From positions 64,660-128,659 of the forward strand of contig CAUQLV010000002.1 of assembly GCA_963519235.1 (NCBI GenBank): a stretch of DNA of 64,000 bases, read 5' to 3'. A program made the translations under genes and the position numbers. Below the pieces are notes generated by a model, which was not told where the DNA came from, ran no database searches, and saw nothing but the letters and a program-made list of their open reading frames with translations. The stretch comes from an uncultured Oscillospiraceae bacterium. GTDB lineage: Bacteria > Bacillota > Clostridia > Oscillospirales > Ruminococcaceae. This document shows, piece after piece, positions 38,154-47,329 of the stretch (positions are counted from its first letter, which is position 1; every line of letters starts with the position of its first letter).

Positions 38154-39101
38154 ATGCTTTTGGGAAGGGATGTGAACCGTTTGGCGATCAATAAGGCAAT
38201 GAAAGCCGCGCTGAAAGCACTGTCCTATCCGGACCTGAATGTGAAAAAAAACTATCGGTCGCTGCGGCAGGTAAAGAATTTGGCTTTGCCCAAGCTGCCG
38301 TTTTATGAAACGTGGGATCATCAGGTGTCTCGCGATGGGCGTGATATTCCGGTGCGCCTGTTTGCGCCGAAGGGCTGTCCTGCCGGGGTGCTGGTGTTTT
38401 TTCACGGCGGCGGATGGGTAACCGGCAATATTGACAGCTATAACCGCATCTGCGCCGATATGGCGAGTCTCACTGGGTGGCTGGTCATCTCGGCCGATTA
38501 CCGGCTGGCCCCCGAGCACCGGTTCCCTGCCGCGCTGGAGGATTGCTATGCGGTGGCGGAGGAGGTATTCGCCTGTTCGTCGCTGTTTGGAATGCAGCGG
38601 GAGCAGATTGCGCTGATCGGCGACAGCGCGGGCGCTAATCTTGCCGCCGCGGTATCTTTAATGGCGCGTGACAGGGGAACATTCCTGCCGTCCGCGCAGA
38701 TTTTAATTTACCCCGCAACTTACTTTGACCACACCGAAAGATCGCCGTTCCGGTCGGTACAGGAAAACGGGACCGGTTATCTTTTAACAGCAAAACGCAT
38801 CCGCGATTATATGGAGCTTTATCAGAGCAGCCCGGAAGACCGGATGAATCCGTATTTTGCGCCGCTTTTGGCGCAGTCGTTTAAACAACAACCCCGGACC
38901 CTGATTATCACCGCGCAGTATGACCCTCTGCGGGATGAGGGAGAGGCTTACGGACGGCGTCTGGCCGAGGCGGGCATCGGGGTTGAAGTCTATCGCATTG
39001 CGGACGCCCTGCATGGATTTTTTGCACTGCCGCCGCGCTTTATGCATGTGAAACGCACGTATGAGTATATCAATCGTTTTCTGAATGGGGAGGACGTTTA
39101 G
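38154..39101 (+). CDS. Alpha/beta hydrolase, hormone-sensitive-lipase-like esterase family
   Basis: Oxyanion HGGGW, nucleophile elbow GDSAGAN, C-terminal DPLRDEG...HGF. Confidence 0.85.
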   Translation: MLLGRDVNRLAINKAMKAALKALSYPDLNVKKNYRSLRQVKNLALPKLPFYETWDHQVSRDGRDIPVRLFAPKGCPAGVLVFFHGGGWVTGNIDSYNRICADMASLTGWLVISADYRLAPEHRFPAALEDCYAVAEEVFACSSLFGMQREQIALIGDSAGANLAAAVSLMARDRGTFLPSAQILIYPATYFDHTERSPFRSVQENGTGYLLTAKRIRDYMELYQSSPEDRMNPYFAPLLAQSFKQQPRTLIITAQYDPLRDEGEAYGRRLAEAGIGVEVYRIADALHGFFALPPRFMHVKRTYEYINRFLNGEDV

Positions 39102-40372
39102 TGGGGAACAGGAAAGCCGCTGAATGGAACAGGTTGGACAATGCGGCAAAAATTTTTCCGCCCGCCAGCAGCAAGCGGGACAGCAAGGTGTTCCGCTTTG
39201 CCTGTGAACTGTTTGAAGAAGTGGAGCCGATATCTTTGCAGGCGGCGCTGGAACTGACCGTTGAAATGTTCCCGATTTTCAGGTCGGTGCTGCGCAAGGG
39301 CCTGTTCTGGTATTATCTTGAGTCAAGCACGCTGGAACCGACGGTTCATGCCGAAAATAAAATGCCCTGCAGCCCGCTTTATGACGGCGATCGCAGGGAT
39401 TTGCTCTTCCGCGTCACCTATTATCGCAGGCGCATCAGTCTGGAAGTTTATCATGCCATCACCGACGGCACGGGCGCCATGCAGTTTTTGAGGATGCTGG
39501 TTTATCATTATCTGTCAATCCGCCATGCGGATGATTTTCCCCACGGGCCGCCGCCGATGGATTATGACGCGTCCATGACACAGCGCAAGGCGGACAGCTT
39601 TCAGAAATATTACTCCGGAAAACAGCGTGTGAAAATGAAGAAGATGCCGCCCGCCTACCAGATTCGCGGAATGCGTCTGCCAGCGGGGCAGATGCGTGTC
39701 CTCGAGGGCGTGATGTCCACCCGCGCGGTGCTGGACACGGCGCACAGCTACCACGCGACCATGACGATGTTCCTGTCCGCTGTGCTGCTCTGCGCCATCC
39801 ATGACGAGATGCCGCTGCGGCGCGAACGGGAACGTATCGTGCTGATGGTGCCGGTGAACCTGCGCAAATATTTTTCATCCGAGTCGGCGCGCAACTTTTT
39901 CAGCATTATCCGTGTGGGACATTGTTTTGCCAACGAGGGGAAAACACTGGGCGAAGTGGCGGAACAAATCGCCCGCGTATTTGCGGGGGAATTAACCGCC
40001 GAAAAACTGAGCCAGCGGATGGACGATTTGGCAGCGCTGGAGCACAATGTCTTTGCGCGGCTGGTGCCGCTTGTATTTAAGGATGTGGGGATGGCAGCAG
40101 CCAACCGTATGGCAAGGAGAGCCATCACCGCGTCGCTTTCCAATATCGGCAAGGTGGACATGCCCCCGCCTATGCAGGGCTACATCCGGCAATTTGATGT
40201 CTTTACAAGCACTGACCGGCTGCAGGTATGCATGTGCTCCTACCAGGACAGGCTGGTGCTGAGTTTCACCTCTGTATTCTTGGATACAGATATTGTCCGG
40301 CGCTTTTTCCGGACTCTGACAGGTATGGGAATTGATATGGAAATCATCAGTAATCCTTTGGATGAGGAATGA
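39101..40372 (+). CDS. HxxxD-motif acyltransferase (condensation / alcohol acetyltransferase-like superfamily)
   Basis: The YHAITDGTGA motif has its His at codon 118. The GTG start overlaps the esterase stop (TAGTG). 423 aa. Confidence 0.65.
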   Translation: MGNRKAAEWNRLDNAAKIFPPASSKRDSKVFRFACELFEEVEPISLQAALELTVEMFPIFRSVLRKGLFWYYLESSTLEPTVHAENKMPCSPLYDGDRRDLLFRVTYYRRRISLEVYHAITDGTGAMQFLRMLVYHYLSIRHADDFPHGPPPMDYDASMTQRKADSFQKYYSGKQRVKMKKMPPAYQIRGMRLPAGQMRVLEGVMSTRAVLDTAHSYHATMTMFLSAVLLCAIHDEMPLRRERERIVLMVPVNLRKYFSSESARNFFSIIRVGHCFANEGKTLGEVAEQIARVFAGELTAEKLSQRMDDLAALEHNVFARLVPLVFKDVGMAAANRMARRAITASLSNIGKVDMPPPMQGYIRQFDVFTSTDRLQVCMCSYQDRLVLSFTSVFLDTDIVRRFFRTLTGMGIDMEIISNPLDEE

Positions 40373-40381
40373 GGTGTTTTT

Positions 40382-41053
40382 TTGCAGTTTTGCGATAGAT
40401 GCAAAGTACAAGTTGCAGGAAGCAGAAAATACTGTCCGCTTTGCCAGGGCAGTCTTACCGGAAGCGGAGAGCCGGAGAACGAGGCATTCCCCGTTTTGCC
40501 CCGGTGGTACAGCCGGAGCGGCCTGCTATTGCATGCAATGATTTTTCTTTCGGTGACGGCGGCTGTGGTGTGCTTTGCGATAAATGCAATGTTTCCGGCG
40601 GAACGAGTCTGGTCGGTGTTTGTTGCGGCTGGGATCGCTTTTATGTGGATTGGCTTGGCGACAGCCCTTCGCAAACGCCACAATATTCCCAAGACAATCT
40701 TGTGGGAAGTGGTGCTCCTGTCCGTTTTTTCCGTTTTTTGGGACCTGCTGGCAGGAATGAATTGGTCCGGCTGGTCGGTGGATTATGTCATTCCGAGCCT
40801 GTGTGTGTTTGCGCTGCTTTCCATGACGGTAATTGCAAAAATATTGCGGATTCAGGTGGAGGACTATCTGATCTATCTCATGATCGGCACGCTGTTCGGC
40901 ATTCTGCCCATCATCTTTCTGTTAACCGGCCTTGTGCGCGTCCGCTATCCGTCAATTCTCTGTGTGACGGCAAGCGCTGTCTTTTTAACCGCGCTGCTCT
41001 CCTTTCAGGGGCGCAACATGCGTGCGGAATTGAAAAAAAAGCTGCATCTGTAA
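40382..41053 (+). CDS. Zn-ribbon membrane protein of unknown function
   Basis: N-terminal CDRC...CPLC zinc ribbon followed by about 5 TM segments. TTG start 10 nt after the acyltransferase stop. Confidence 0.6.
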   Translation: MQFCDRCKVQVAGSRKYCPLCQGSLTGSGEPENEAFPVLPRWYSRSGLLLHAMIFLSVTAAVVCFAINAMFPAERVWSVFVAAGIAFMWIGLATALRKRHNIPKTILWEVVLLSVFSVFWDLLAGMNWSGWSVDYVIPSLCVFALLSMTVIAKILRIQVEDYLIYLMIGTLFGILPIIFLLTGLVRVRYPSILCVTASAVFLTALLSFQGRNMRAELKKKLHL

Positions 41054-41120
41054 AATGAACTAATTTCACAAGATATGGTGTTGCCATCCAAAAAATCTAC
41101 TAAAGATTGTGATTTTGCGG

Positions 41121-41149
41121 TTGACTTTTCAGCCCCGATGCTTTATGCT
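41121..41149 (+). promoter_or_regulatory. Sigma-70-type promoter of the glycyl-radical peptide / nrdG unit
   Basis: TTGACT (41121-41126), 17-nt spacer, TATGCT (41144-41149). Confidence 0.5.
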
Positions 41150-41155
41150 TAATAA

Positions 41156-41180
41156 GCAATTGATCGGCGTCGCAATTGAT
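41156..41180 (+). repeat. Tandem direct repeat GCAATTGAT (2 copies, 16-bp register) at the predicted transcription start
   Basis: GCAATTGAT occurs at 41156-41164 and 41172-41180. Each copy contains the palindrome CAATTG. Confidence 0.6.
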
Positions 41181-41220
41181 GCCGAAGGAATAGACGTCCC
41201 CCTCATCGGGGAACAGTTAA

Positions 41221-41403
41221 ATGGAGGACTGCAAAGTGGGCAACAAGACAGAACAAATGGTTGGCGAAGGCATTAAATTTGAGAGAATCCGCAGGATTAC
41301 CGGTTATCTCGTGGGTACGGTTGACCGCTGGAACAACGCGAAGCGCTCCGAAGAGCACGACCGTGTAAAGCACGGCATGGGTGCTGGCCTGGAGCAGTTA
41401 TAA
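41221..41403 (+). CDS. Stand-alone glycyl-radical module homologous to the extreme C-terminus of NrdD
   Basis: ...IKFERIRRITGYLVGTVDRWNNAKRSEEHDRVKH... carries the RxxGY glycyl-radical loop of class III RNR and nothing else. An alternative start is the GTG at 41236, with GGAGGA 7 nt upstream. Confidence 0.75.
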   Translation: MEDCKVGNKTEQMVGEGIKFERIRRITGYLVGTVDRWNNAKRSEEHDRVKHGMGAGLEQL

Positions 41404-41413
41404 GAATATGCGG

Positions 41414-41447
41414 GAAGGGCGGCCTGCGGGCTGCCCTTTTCTTTTTT
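41414..41447 (+). terminator. Intrinsic terminator-like hairpin between the glycyl-radical peptide gene and nrdG
   Basis: GAAGGGCGGCC-tgcg-GGCTGCCCTTT stem followed by TCTTTTTT. The nrdG RBS (GGGGGAA) starts right after it. Confidence 0.55.
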
Positions 41448-41460
41448 GGGGGAATTGTTG

Positions 41461-41961
41461 ATGTCTGCCATCAGGCTTGCGGGTGTAGTCCGAGAATCCA
41501 TCGTGGACGGGCCCGGGTTTCGATTTGTCGTATTTGTACAGGGATGCCCGCACCATTGCGAGGGCTGTCATAATCCCCAGTCGCACGATTTTGCGAGCGG
41601 AAGTCTCTGTGAAACGGACACGCTGCTGGCGGAGATACAAAAAAATCCGCTGCTTTCCGGAGTCACCTTTTCCGGCGGGGAGCCTTTTTGCCAGCCGGAG
41701 CCGCTTGCAAAGCTGGGAAAAGAGATCAAAAAGCTGGGGCTGAACCTGATCGTTTACAGCGGCTATACTTACGAGGAGCTGGACGGCATGGACAGCCCGG
41801 ATGTGCATGCACTTCTGGATTTATCCGATTATCTCATCGACGGAAAATTTCTGCTTGAACAAAGAAATCTGCTGCTGCGTTACCGCGGCAGCGACAACCA
41901 GCGTATCATTGACCTGAAACGCACGCGGGAGCGGGGCGCTGTGGTTACAGCAAAACTGTAA
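41461..41961 (+). CDS. nrdG: Anaerobic ribonucleoside-triphosphate reductase activating protein (radical SAM)
   Basis: ESIVDGPGFRFVVFVQGCPHHCEGCHNPQSH (CxxxCxxC), GVTFSGGEP. Start at the ATG at 41461. Confidence 0.9.
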   Translation: MSAIRLAGVVRESIVDGPGFRFVVFVQGCPHHCEGCHNPQSHDFASGSLCETDTLLAEIQKNPLLSGVTFSGGEPFCQPEPLAKLGKEIKKLGLNLIVYSGYTYEELDGMDSPDVHALLDLSDYLIDGKFLLEQRNLLLRYRGSDNQRIIDLKRTRERGAVVTAKL

Positions 41962-41999
41962 AAGAAAGAGGACGCCGGCCGGCGTCCTCTTTCTTTGTT
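41962..41999. terminator. Bidirectional terminator (nrdG / GLUG lipoprotein)
   Basis: AAAGAAAGAGGACGCCGG/CCGGCGTCCTCTTTCTTT perfect palindrome. Confidence 0.8.
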
Positions 42000-42014
42000 T
42001 GTGTTATCAGTTGA

Positions 42015-43559
42015 CTAAATCGCGCCCATGCGAATCAGCTGCTGCGTTGTCATGCCAATCAGAGCAGCGCTGTTCGGCTGTTTTTCAGCAATCCCTGCGG
42101 CGGGAAGCCCACCGGCAGCTTCTGTGTCGTAAAAGCAGCCTACAAGAAGGCCGGAAGATCCGCTGTCGGATTCGTTCAATGAACCGACAAAACTGCCGGC
42201 GCAACCTTGCCGCGCGGGATGGTTCACTTTTACCGAAGCGATTCCGTGGTCTATGGTGCCCTGCCCGAGTTTGCCCGCAAATCCGCCGACAGCGATGGAC
42301 GAGGCTTTTCCCACGACTGTTCCGGTAACTGTGCAGTCGGTCAGCATGCTGGAGAAACCGTCAACCACACCGCAAAGCCCTCCCGCAATGCTGCGGCCGG
42401 TGACTGTGACATCCGCGCGGCATCCCTGCAAAACCCCGCCGCTGACCAGCCCGGCAATTCCGCCGGTGGCTTCCGAACCACTGATGTCGCCGGAAACCCT
42501 GCATTTGCTGATCCAGCCGCCGCTGACCCATCCGGTAATCCCGCCGCAGGGCTGTTTGGATTCCTTGTCCGCTTCAATCTTAACAGATTCCAGATTCAGG
42601 TTCGCAATAAACCCGTTGCTGCCCACGCCCGCAAACAGCCCGCCGCCCTTTACCGTCAGGTTGCGGATCGTGTGCCCCTGACCGTCAAATGTGGTGCAGA
42701 ATCCCTTGGGCGCGGGATCTCTGGGGTCGTCGGACATGTAGGCGCCGATGGGGAACATCAGGGTCCCAGACAGGTCAAGATCGGCATCCAGCAGATAAAC
42801 ATTATCTTGGTAGCCTCTGTCCCCCGAATTCACCAGTTTGGCCAGTTCAGTCAACTCCTGCACGGATTTGATTTTTATCACCTGACCATTGACGCTTTCC
42901 GGCAAAGGAAGGTTCCGGACAGAAACCATGCGCCAGAGAGTATCCGAGGATTTCGCCGTTAAAAACGCGCCGGCATCCTTTTCGGGAAAAGCGGCGGGCG
43001 CGAAAATATATTCGCCGGGATACAGTTCCCGCCCGGCGACACTACGGTTTACAACCATCCGCCAGCCACCGTCCTCAGTTTTTTCCAGACTGGACAACGT
43101 CAACTCCGGCAGATTGAACGGCGGTGCGTAGTCCGCGCTGAAACGAAGATCAGACGGGCCCGACGCCGCTGTGCGGTCTTTGCCGAAGCAGGTTTTGTAC
43201 AGTGCCGCGGTGTCCTCTGAGGGCAGCACATAGTTCACCACATCGGGACCGCTGTAAACGGCATAGGCGTCCAGCAGAAGGTTTTCTTTCGCCCAGCCAA
43301 ACGCAAAATTGCGCAGGGCATCCGAATTTGGCTCGCCTGCGCTGAATTCGGCGCCGCCGCAGTAGGCTTCGTAAATGCGAATGTAATCCTGCATCAGCGT
43401 GGCCTTTAAGGGTTCAATGCCACTGTCAGCCGCATCCGGGGCGGGTTTTTGAGGCTGAGAAAGAACGGTTATCCCGCTATCTGGCTGAATATTGCATCCT
43501 GCGAATAGGAACAGGCACGCTGCGAGTGTAACTGCGATTAGTTTCATAATCCACCTCAT
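42015..43559 (-). CDS. Lipoprotein with GLUG-motif repeats
   Basis: Signal peptide with lipobox (LFLFAGCN). Repeated GG(I/L/F)(A/C)G motifs (GGITGWVSGG, GGIAGLVSGG, GGLCGVVDG, GGFAGKLG). Confidence 0.7.
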   Translation of the reverse strand: MRWIMKLIAVTLAACLFLFAGCNIQPDSGITVLSQPQKPAPDAADSGIEPLKATLMQDYIRIYEAYCGGAEFSAGEPNSDALRNFAFGWAKENLLLDAYAVYSGPDVVNYVLPSEDTAALYKTCFGKDRTAASGPSDLRFSADYAPPFNLPELTLSSLEKTEDGGWRMVVNRSVAGRELYPGEYIFAPAAFPEKDAGAFLTAKSSDTLWRMVSVRNLPLPESVNGQVIKIKSVQELTELAKLVNSGDRGYQDNVYLLDADLDLSGTLMFPIGAYMSDDPRDPAPKGFCTTFDGQGHTIRNLTVKGGGLFAGVGSNGFIANLNLESVKIEADKESKQPCGGITGWVSGGWISKCRVSGDISGSEATGGIAGLVSGGVLQGCRADVTVTGRSIAGGLCGVVDGFSSMLTDCTVTGTVVGKASSIAVGGFAGKLGQGTIDHGIASVKVNHPARQGCAGSFVGSLNESDSGSSGLLVGCFYDTEAAGGLPAAGIAEKQPNSAALIGMTTQQLIRMGAI

Positions 43560-43714
43560 TTCTATCCATCAAGTTAAATTGATTTATTTTATCCGAACTG
43601 TATATGGATTTTTTCTCCCTGTCTTTTACTATGTGCAGAAAACATGGGTAAAAGATTGCGTCTGAGACGAAAAAAGTGATATACTAATCTGACAGTAAAA
43701 AACGGAGGGGTAAC

Positions 43715-44320
43715 ATGTCAAAATTAGTCTGGAAACCGGGAACGCTGCTTGCGCCTGTTCCGCCCGCGCTTGTTTCCTGCGGCACAATGGAACGTCCCAA
43801 CGTCTTCACAGTGGGCTGGACGGGCATCGTGAACACCAACCCCGCCATGACCTATATCTCTGTCCGCCCCGAACGGTATTCTTACGCACTGATTAAGGAA
43901 TCCGGGGAGTTTGTCATCAACCTGACAACCGTCGACCTTGTGCGTGCCGCTGATTTTTGCGGAGTGCGTTCGGGCCGTGACACGGACAAATTTTCCTTGT
44001 GCGGCCTGACGGCTGAGCGGGCATCGCAGATTGCGGCGCCCATGATCGCACAAAGCCCGCTATCAATTGAATGCAGGGTGGCGTCCGTCACCGCTTTAGG
44101 GACGCATCACATGTTTCTCGCGAAGATTGTTGCTGTTAATGTGGACCCGTCGCTGGTCGATGGGGCGGGCAAGCTTCATTTGGGAAGCTGCGGCTTGGCT
44201 GCCTACGCGCACGGGGAATATTTTGAGCTGGGAAAACGCATCGGGACTTTTGGTTACTCGGTGAAAAAACCGGTTAAAAAATCCCGGAATCCCGCCAAAG
44301 CACGGGACAAAAAGCGCTGA
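43715..44320 (+). CDS. Flavin reductase family protein (FMN-binding split barrel)
   Basis: Flavin_Reduct-like pattern (PVPPALVSCG...NVFTVGWTG...EFVINL) with a Lys-rich C-terminal tail. Confidence 0.75.
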   Translation: MSKLVWKPGTLLAPVPPALVSCGTMERPNVFTVGWTGIVNTNPAMTYISVRPERYSYALIKESGEFVINLTTVDLVRAADFCGVRSGRDTDKFSLCGLTAERASQIAAPMIAQSPLSIECRVASVTALGTHHMFLAKIVAVNVDPSLVDGAGKLHLGSCGLAAYAHGEYFELGKRIGTFGYSVKKPVKKSRNPAKARDKKR

Positions 44321-44493
44321 AAAAGAATGGAATCCCGCAAGAGGGTTCTATGCACTTATCATAACGGGATGCTTCAATGCTGTCAATGCTTGACCGCTGC
44401 CAAAACACGCAGATAGCCCCGCTAATCCGGCTGTTTACGTGCAGCGGCGCGTGATTTTGTATTTCAGGAATGATGAACGGGAGGAAGAGACCC

Positions 44494-46407
44494 ATGCGGG
44501 ATGGATTTGTGAAAGTCGCGGCAGGGACGCCGGAGATCAGGGTGGCAGATTGCGCGTTTAATGCCGCTTCGACGGTCAATATGATGAAAGAGGCGCAGAA
44601 GCTGGGCGTGCGGCTGCTCGTTTTGCCGGAGCTTGGGCTGACCGGGTATACCTGCGGCGATCTGTTCTTTCAGCCTACGCTGCTGGAGGGTGCGTGGGAG
44701 GCGCTGGATTCAGTCCGCAAGGCCTCCTCCAAGCTCGATATGCTGGTGGTGGCGGGGCTTCCAATCGCACTGCGCGGCAAGCTATTTAACTGCGCCGCGG
44801 TTATTTACCGCGGGGAGATTCTGGGGTTGGTTCCGAAAACCCATCTGCCCAATTATGGGGAATTTTATGAGCGGCGCTGGTTTGCCCCCGCCCCGGATCA
44901 GTACGACTATTATAACGCCTATGGGGACGACGCGATTCCGTTTTCCTCCAGGCTGCTGTTTTCCTGCGCTGAGCTGCCGGAGTTTGTTCTGGCTGTAGAG
45001 ATTTGTGAAGATCTGTGGTCGGTCAATCCGCCGTCGGTTGCGCACGCGGTTGCAGGTGCGACCGTCATAGCCAACCTTTCCGCGAGCGATGAAACGATCG
45101 GCAAAGACGCCTACCGGAGAAGCCTTGCCGTCGGGCAGTCCGCCCGTCTGGTCTGCGGCTATGTTTATGCCGACGCGGGCGAAGGGGAGTCTACCACCGA
45201 CATGGTGTTTGCCGCGCATAATCTGATTGTGGAAAACGGTGCGCTTCTGGCGGAAAGCGAACGCTTTGTGTCCAATGCGCTGACTGTGAGTGAACTTGAT
45301 GTTAAACGGCTTACTGGTGAGCGCCACCGGATGACTACCTATCCGGAAGTGAACGACAAGGGGTATCTGCATATCGAGTTCTCCATGCCGCTGCGGGAAA
45401 CGATGCTGACGCGCCCGATACCCGCCAAGCCGTTTATTCCGGCGGACCCTGAGGCGCGGCGCAGCTGCTGCTGGGATATCCTTTCCATCCAGTCGATGGG
45501 TCTGAAGAAACGTCTGGCCCATTCCCGCGCCAAAACCGCCGTGGTCGGAATTTCGGGCGGGCTGGATTCCGCGCTTGCGCTGCTGGTGGCGGTGCGCGCC
45601 GCGGATTTACTGGGTCGCCCGCGCACCGATGTGGTGGCGGTGACGATGCCGTGCTTCGGCACGACCGCCCGCACCAAAGGGAACGCCGAGCGGCTTTCCG
45701 AACTGCTCGGCGTCACGCTGATGCATGTAGACATCACGGCGGCTGTGCGCCAGCATTTCAAGGACATTGGGCATCCGGAGCATCAAACCGACGTCACCTT
45801 TGAAAATGCTCAGGCGCGGGAGCGCACACAAGTGCTGATGGATCTTGCAAACAAGACCGGCGGAATCGTTGTTGGAACCGGAGATCTCTCCGAATTGGCG
45901 CTTGGCTGGGCTACTTATAACGGCGACCATATGTCGATGTACGGCGTGAACGCCTCCATTCCCAAAACACTGGTGCGCCATCTCGTGGCCTTTGAGGCGC
46001 AACGGCTCGGCGGCGCGCTGGAACAGGTGCTGGTCGATATTCTGGATACACCGGTCAGCCCCGAACTGCTGCCGCCCAGCGAAGGGGAGATTCAGCAGAA
46101 AACGGAGGATCTCGTCGGACCTTATGAACTGCATGACTTTTTCCTCTATTATGCAATCCGCTGGGGGTTTCCGCCGGAAAAAGTGCTTCGGCTTGCGGAG
46201 CATGCCTTTGCCGGGGAATATGAGAAAACAACGATTTTAAGCTGGATGAAGGTCTTTTACCGTCGCTTTTTCCAGCAGCAGTTTAAACGCTCCTGCTTGC
46301 CGGACGGCCCAAAGGTTGGGTCGGTTTCCCTGTCGCCGCGCGGCGACTGGCGGATGCCGAGCGATGCGGTTGCCGACTTATGGCTTCGCAGGCTTGAAAA
46401 CTTGTAA
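44494..46407 (+). CDS. nadE: Glutamine-dependent NAD+ synthetase (nitrilase-like domain plus NAD synthetase domain)
   Basis: CN-hydrolase domain (LVLPELGLTGY...EICEDLW) followed by the PP-loop GISGGLDSA. Start at the ATG at 44494 (RBS GGGAGGAAG). Confidence 0.9.
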   Translation: MRDGFVKVAAGTPEIRVADCAFNAASTVNMMKEAQKLGVRLLVLPELGLTGYTCGDLFFQPTLLEGAWEALDSVRKASSKLDMLVVAGLPIALRGKLFNCAAVIYRGEILGLVPKTHLPNYGEFYERRWFAPAPDQYDYYNAYGDDAIPFSSRLLFSCAELPEFVLAVEICEDLWSVNPPSVAHAVAGATVIANLSASDETIGKDAYRRSLAVGQSARLVCGYVYADAGEGESTTDMVFAAHNLIVENGALLAESERFVSNALTVSELDVKRLTGERHRMTTYPEVNDKGYLHIEFSMPLRETMLTRPIPAKPFIPADPEARRSCCWDILSIQSMGLKKRLAHSRAKTAVVGISGGLDSALALLVAVRAADLLGRPRTDVVAVTMPCFGTTARTKGNAERLSELLGVTLMHVDITAAVRQHFKDIGHPEHQTDVTFENAQARERTQVLMDLANKTGGIVVGTGDLSELALGWATYNGDHMSMYGVNASIPKTLVRHLVAFEAQRLGGALEQVLVDILDTPVSPELLPPSEGEIQQKTEDLVGPYELHDFFLYYAIRWGFPPEKVLRLAEHAFAGEYEKTTILSWMKVFYRRFFQQQFKRSCLPDGPKVGSVSLSPRGDWRMPSDAVADLWLRRLENL

Positions 46408-46423
46408 AAACGACAAACCATGT

Positions 46424-46459
46424 AAAAACCCCGCACTGCTTTTGCAGCGCGGGGTTTTT
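46424..46459. terminator. Bidirectional terminator
   Basis: aaaaaCCCCGCACTGCttttGCAGCGCGGGGttttt. Confidence 0.8.
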
Positions 46460-46475
46460 AGAGATATGTGAGAGG

Positions 46476-47297
46476 TCACAGGGGGTATTTTGACAGAATA
46501 TGTTCGTATTTTTCAAGAAGCTCGTTGCAAACAGAATCAACAGCTGAAAAATCCATGGAGGCAATGTAATAAGTCTCCAGCTGATTGTGCAGTTCATAAG
46601 CTTCCGCGAGCAGGGAAGCCGCCTCACTCAAAAGCTGCTGAGCTGCCTTTCGGTTAAATGTCAGCCTGCGCCGGGATTTTTTCAGGGCTTCTTCATCGGT
46701 AAACCTGCGGGAACGGATGACTTTGTAAGGAACGATATCCGGATGGTGGAAATCGTTGGAGGTCATAAATCCAAGCTGTAGAGACGGGATAAACAGGTGT
46801 TCCAGTTTCTCAAACGGGGAAAGCGGACAGTAGCAGGAAATAACGTCGAGCCCGGACTCCAGCGCACGGCTGCGCAGCGTGCTCAGTATCAGGCGCGAAG
46901 AGGCGCCGTACGAGTCCTCAATCAGGTAGATACGGCTGCAAAGGGCATTTGCTGTCTCGTGAAAGAGCACGGGACCTTTGTTTGTAATTGCGGAGAGAAA
47001 TCGTACCGATTCATGACCCGGGGCATTGCCGCCGCCTTTCAATTCAGCGGAAGCGATTCGCGCCGCCGCTTTTTGTAGTTTGGGAATTTCGGTGGCATCT
47101 AAAGCAATTCTCCAGTTATCCCCCAGCAGGCTCCCAGCCGCTGCAAGAAAACGGCAGCAATGCTCATGACACCGGCTGATGCGTGCTGCCAGCGTCATGA
47201 TTTCCTTGCGCCGTTCGTAGAGCAGATGTTCGTTCCAACAGCCGGATAAGTCCACAAGCTGTTCAAAAGCTCCCGGATATTTGGGCTCGATCACATG
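46476..47297 (-). pseudogene. P-loop NTPase gene, 3' (C-terminal) segment, separated from its 5' segment by the inserted element
   Basis: In ORF 46476..47321, host-derived sequence begins at ...H-VIEPKYPGAFEQLVDLSGCWNE. The first 8 codons (MFVSETHT) are read-through from the element end. Confidence 0.8.
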
Positions 47298-47329
47298 GGT
47301 GTGGGTCTCCGATACAAACATCCGCGGTG

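Noticed and set aside
47281-47321. The first 8 codons (MFVSETHT) of ORF 46476..47321, and the last 20 codons (AWSTYPNRFLTGAYRFLSNS) of ORF 56090..56539 (about 56090-56152), considered as genuine protein sequence.
   Set aside because: These parts lie inside the inserted element and are read-through created by the insertion. They are not part of the ancestral NTPase.
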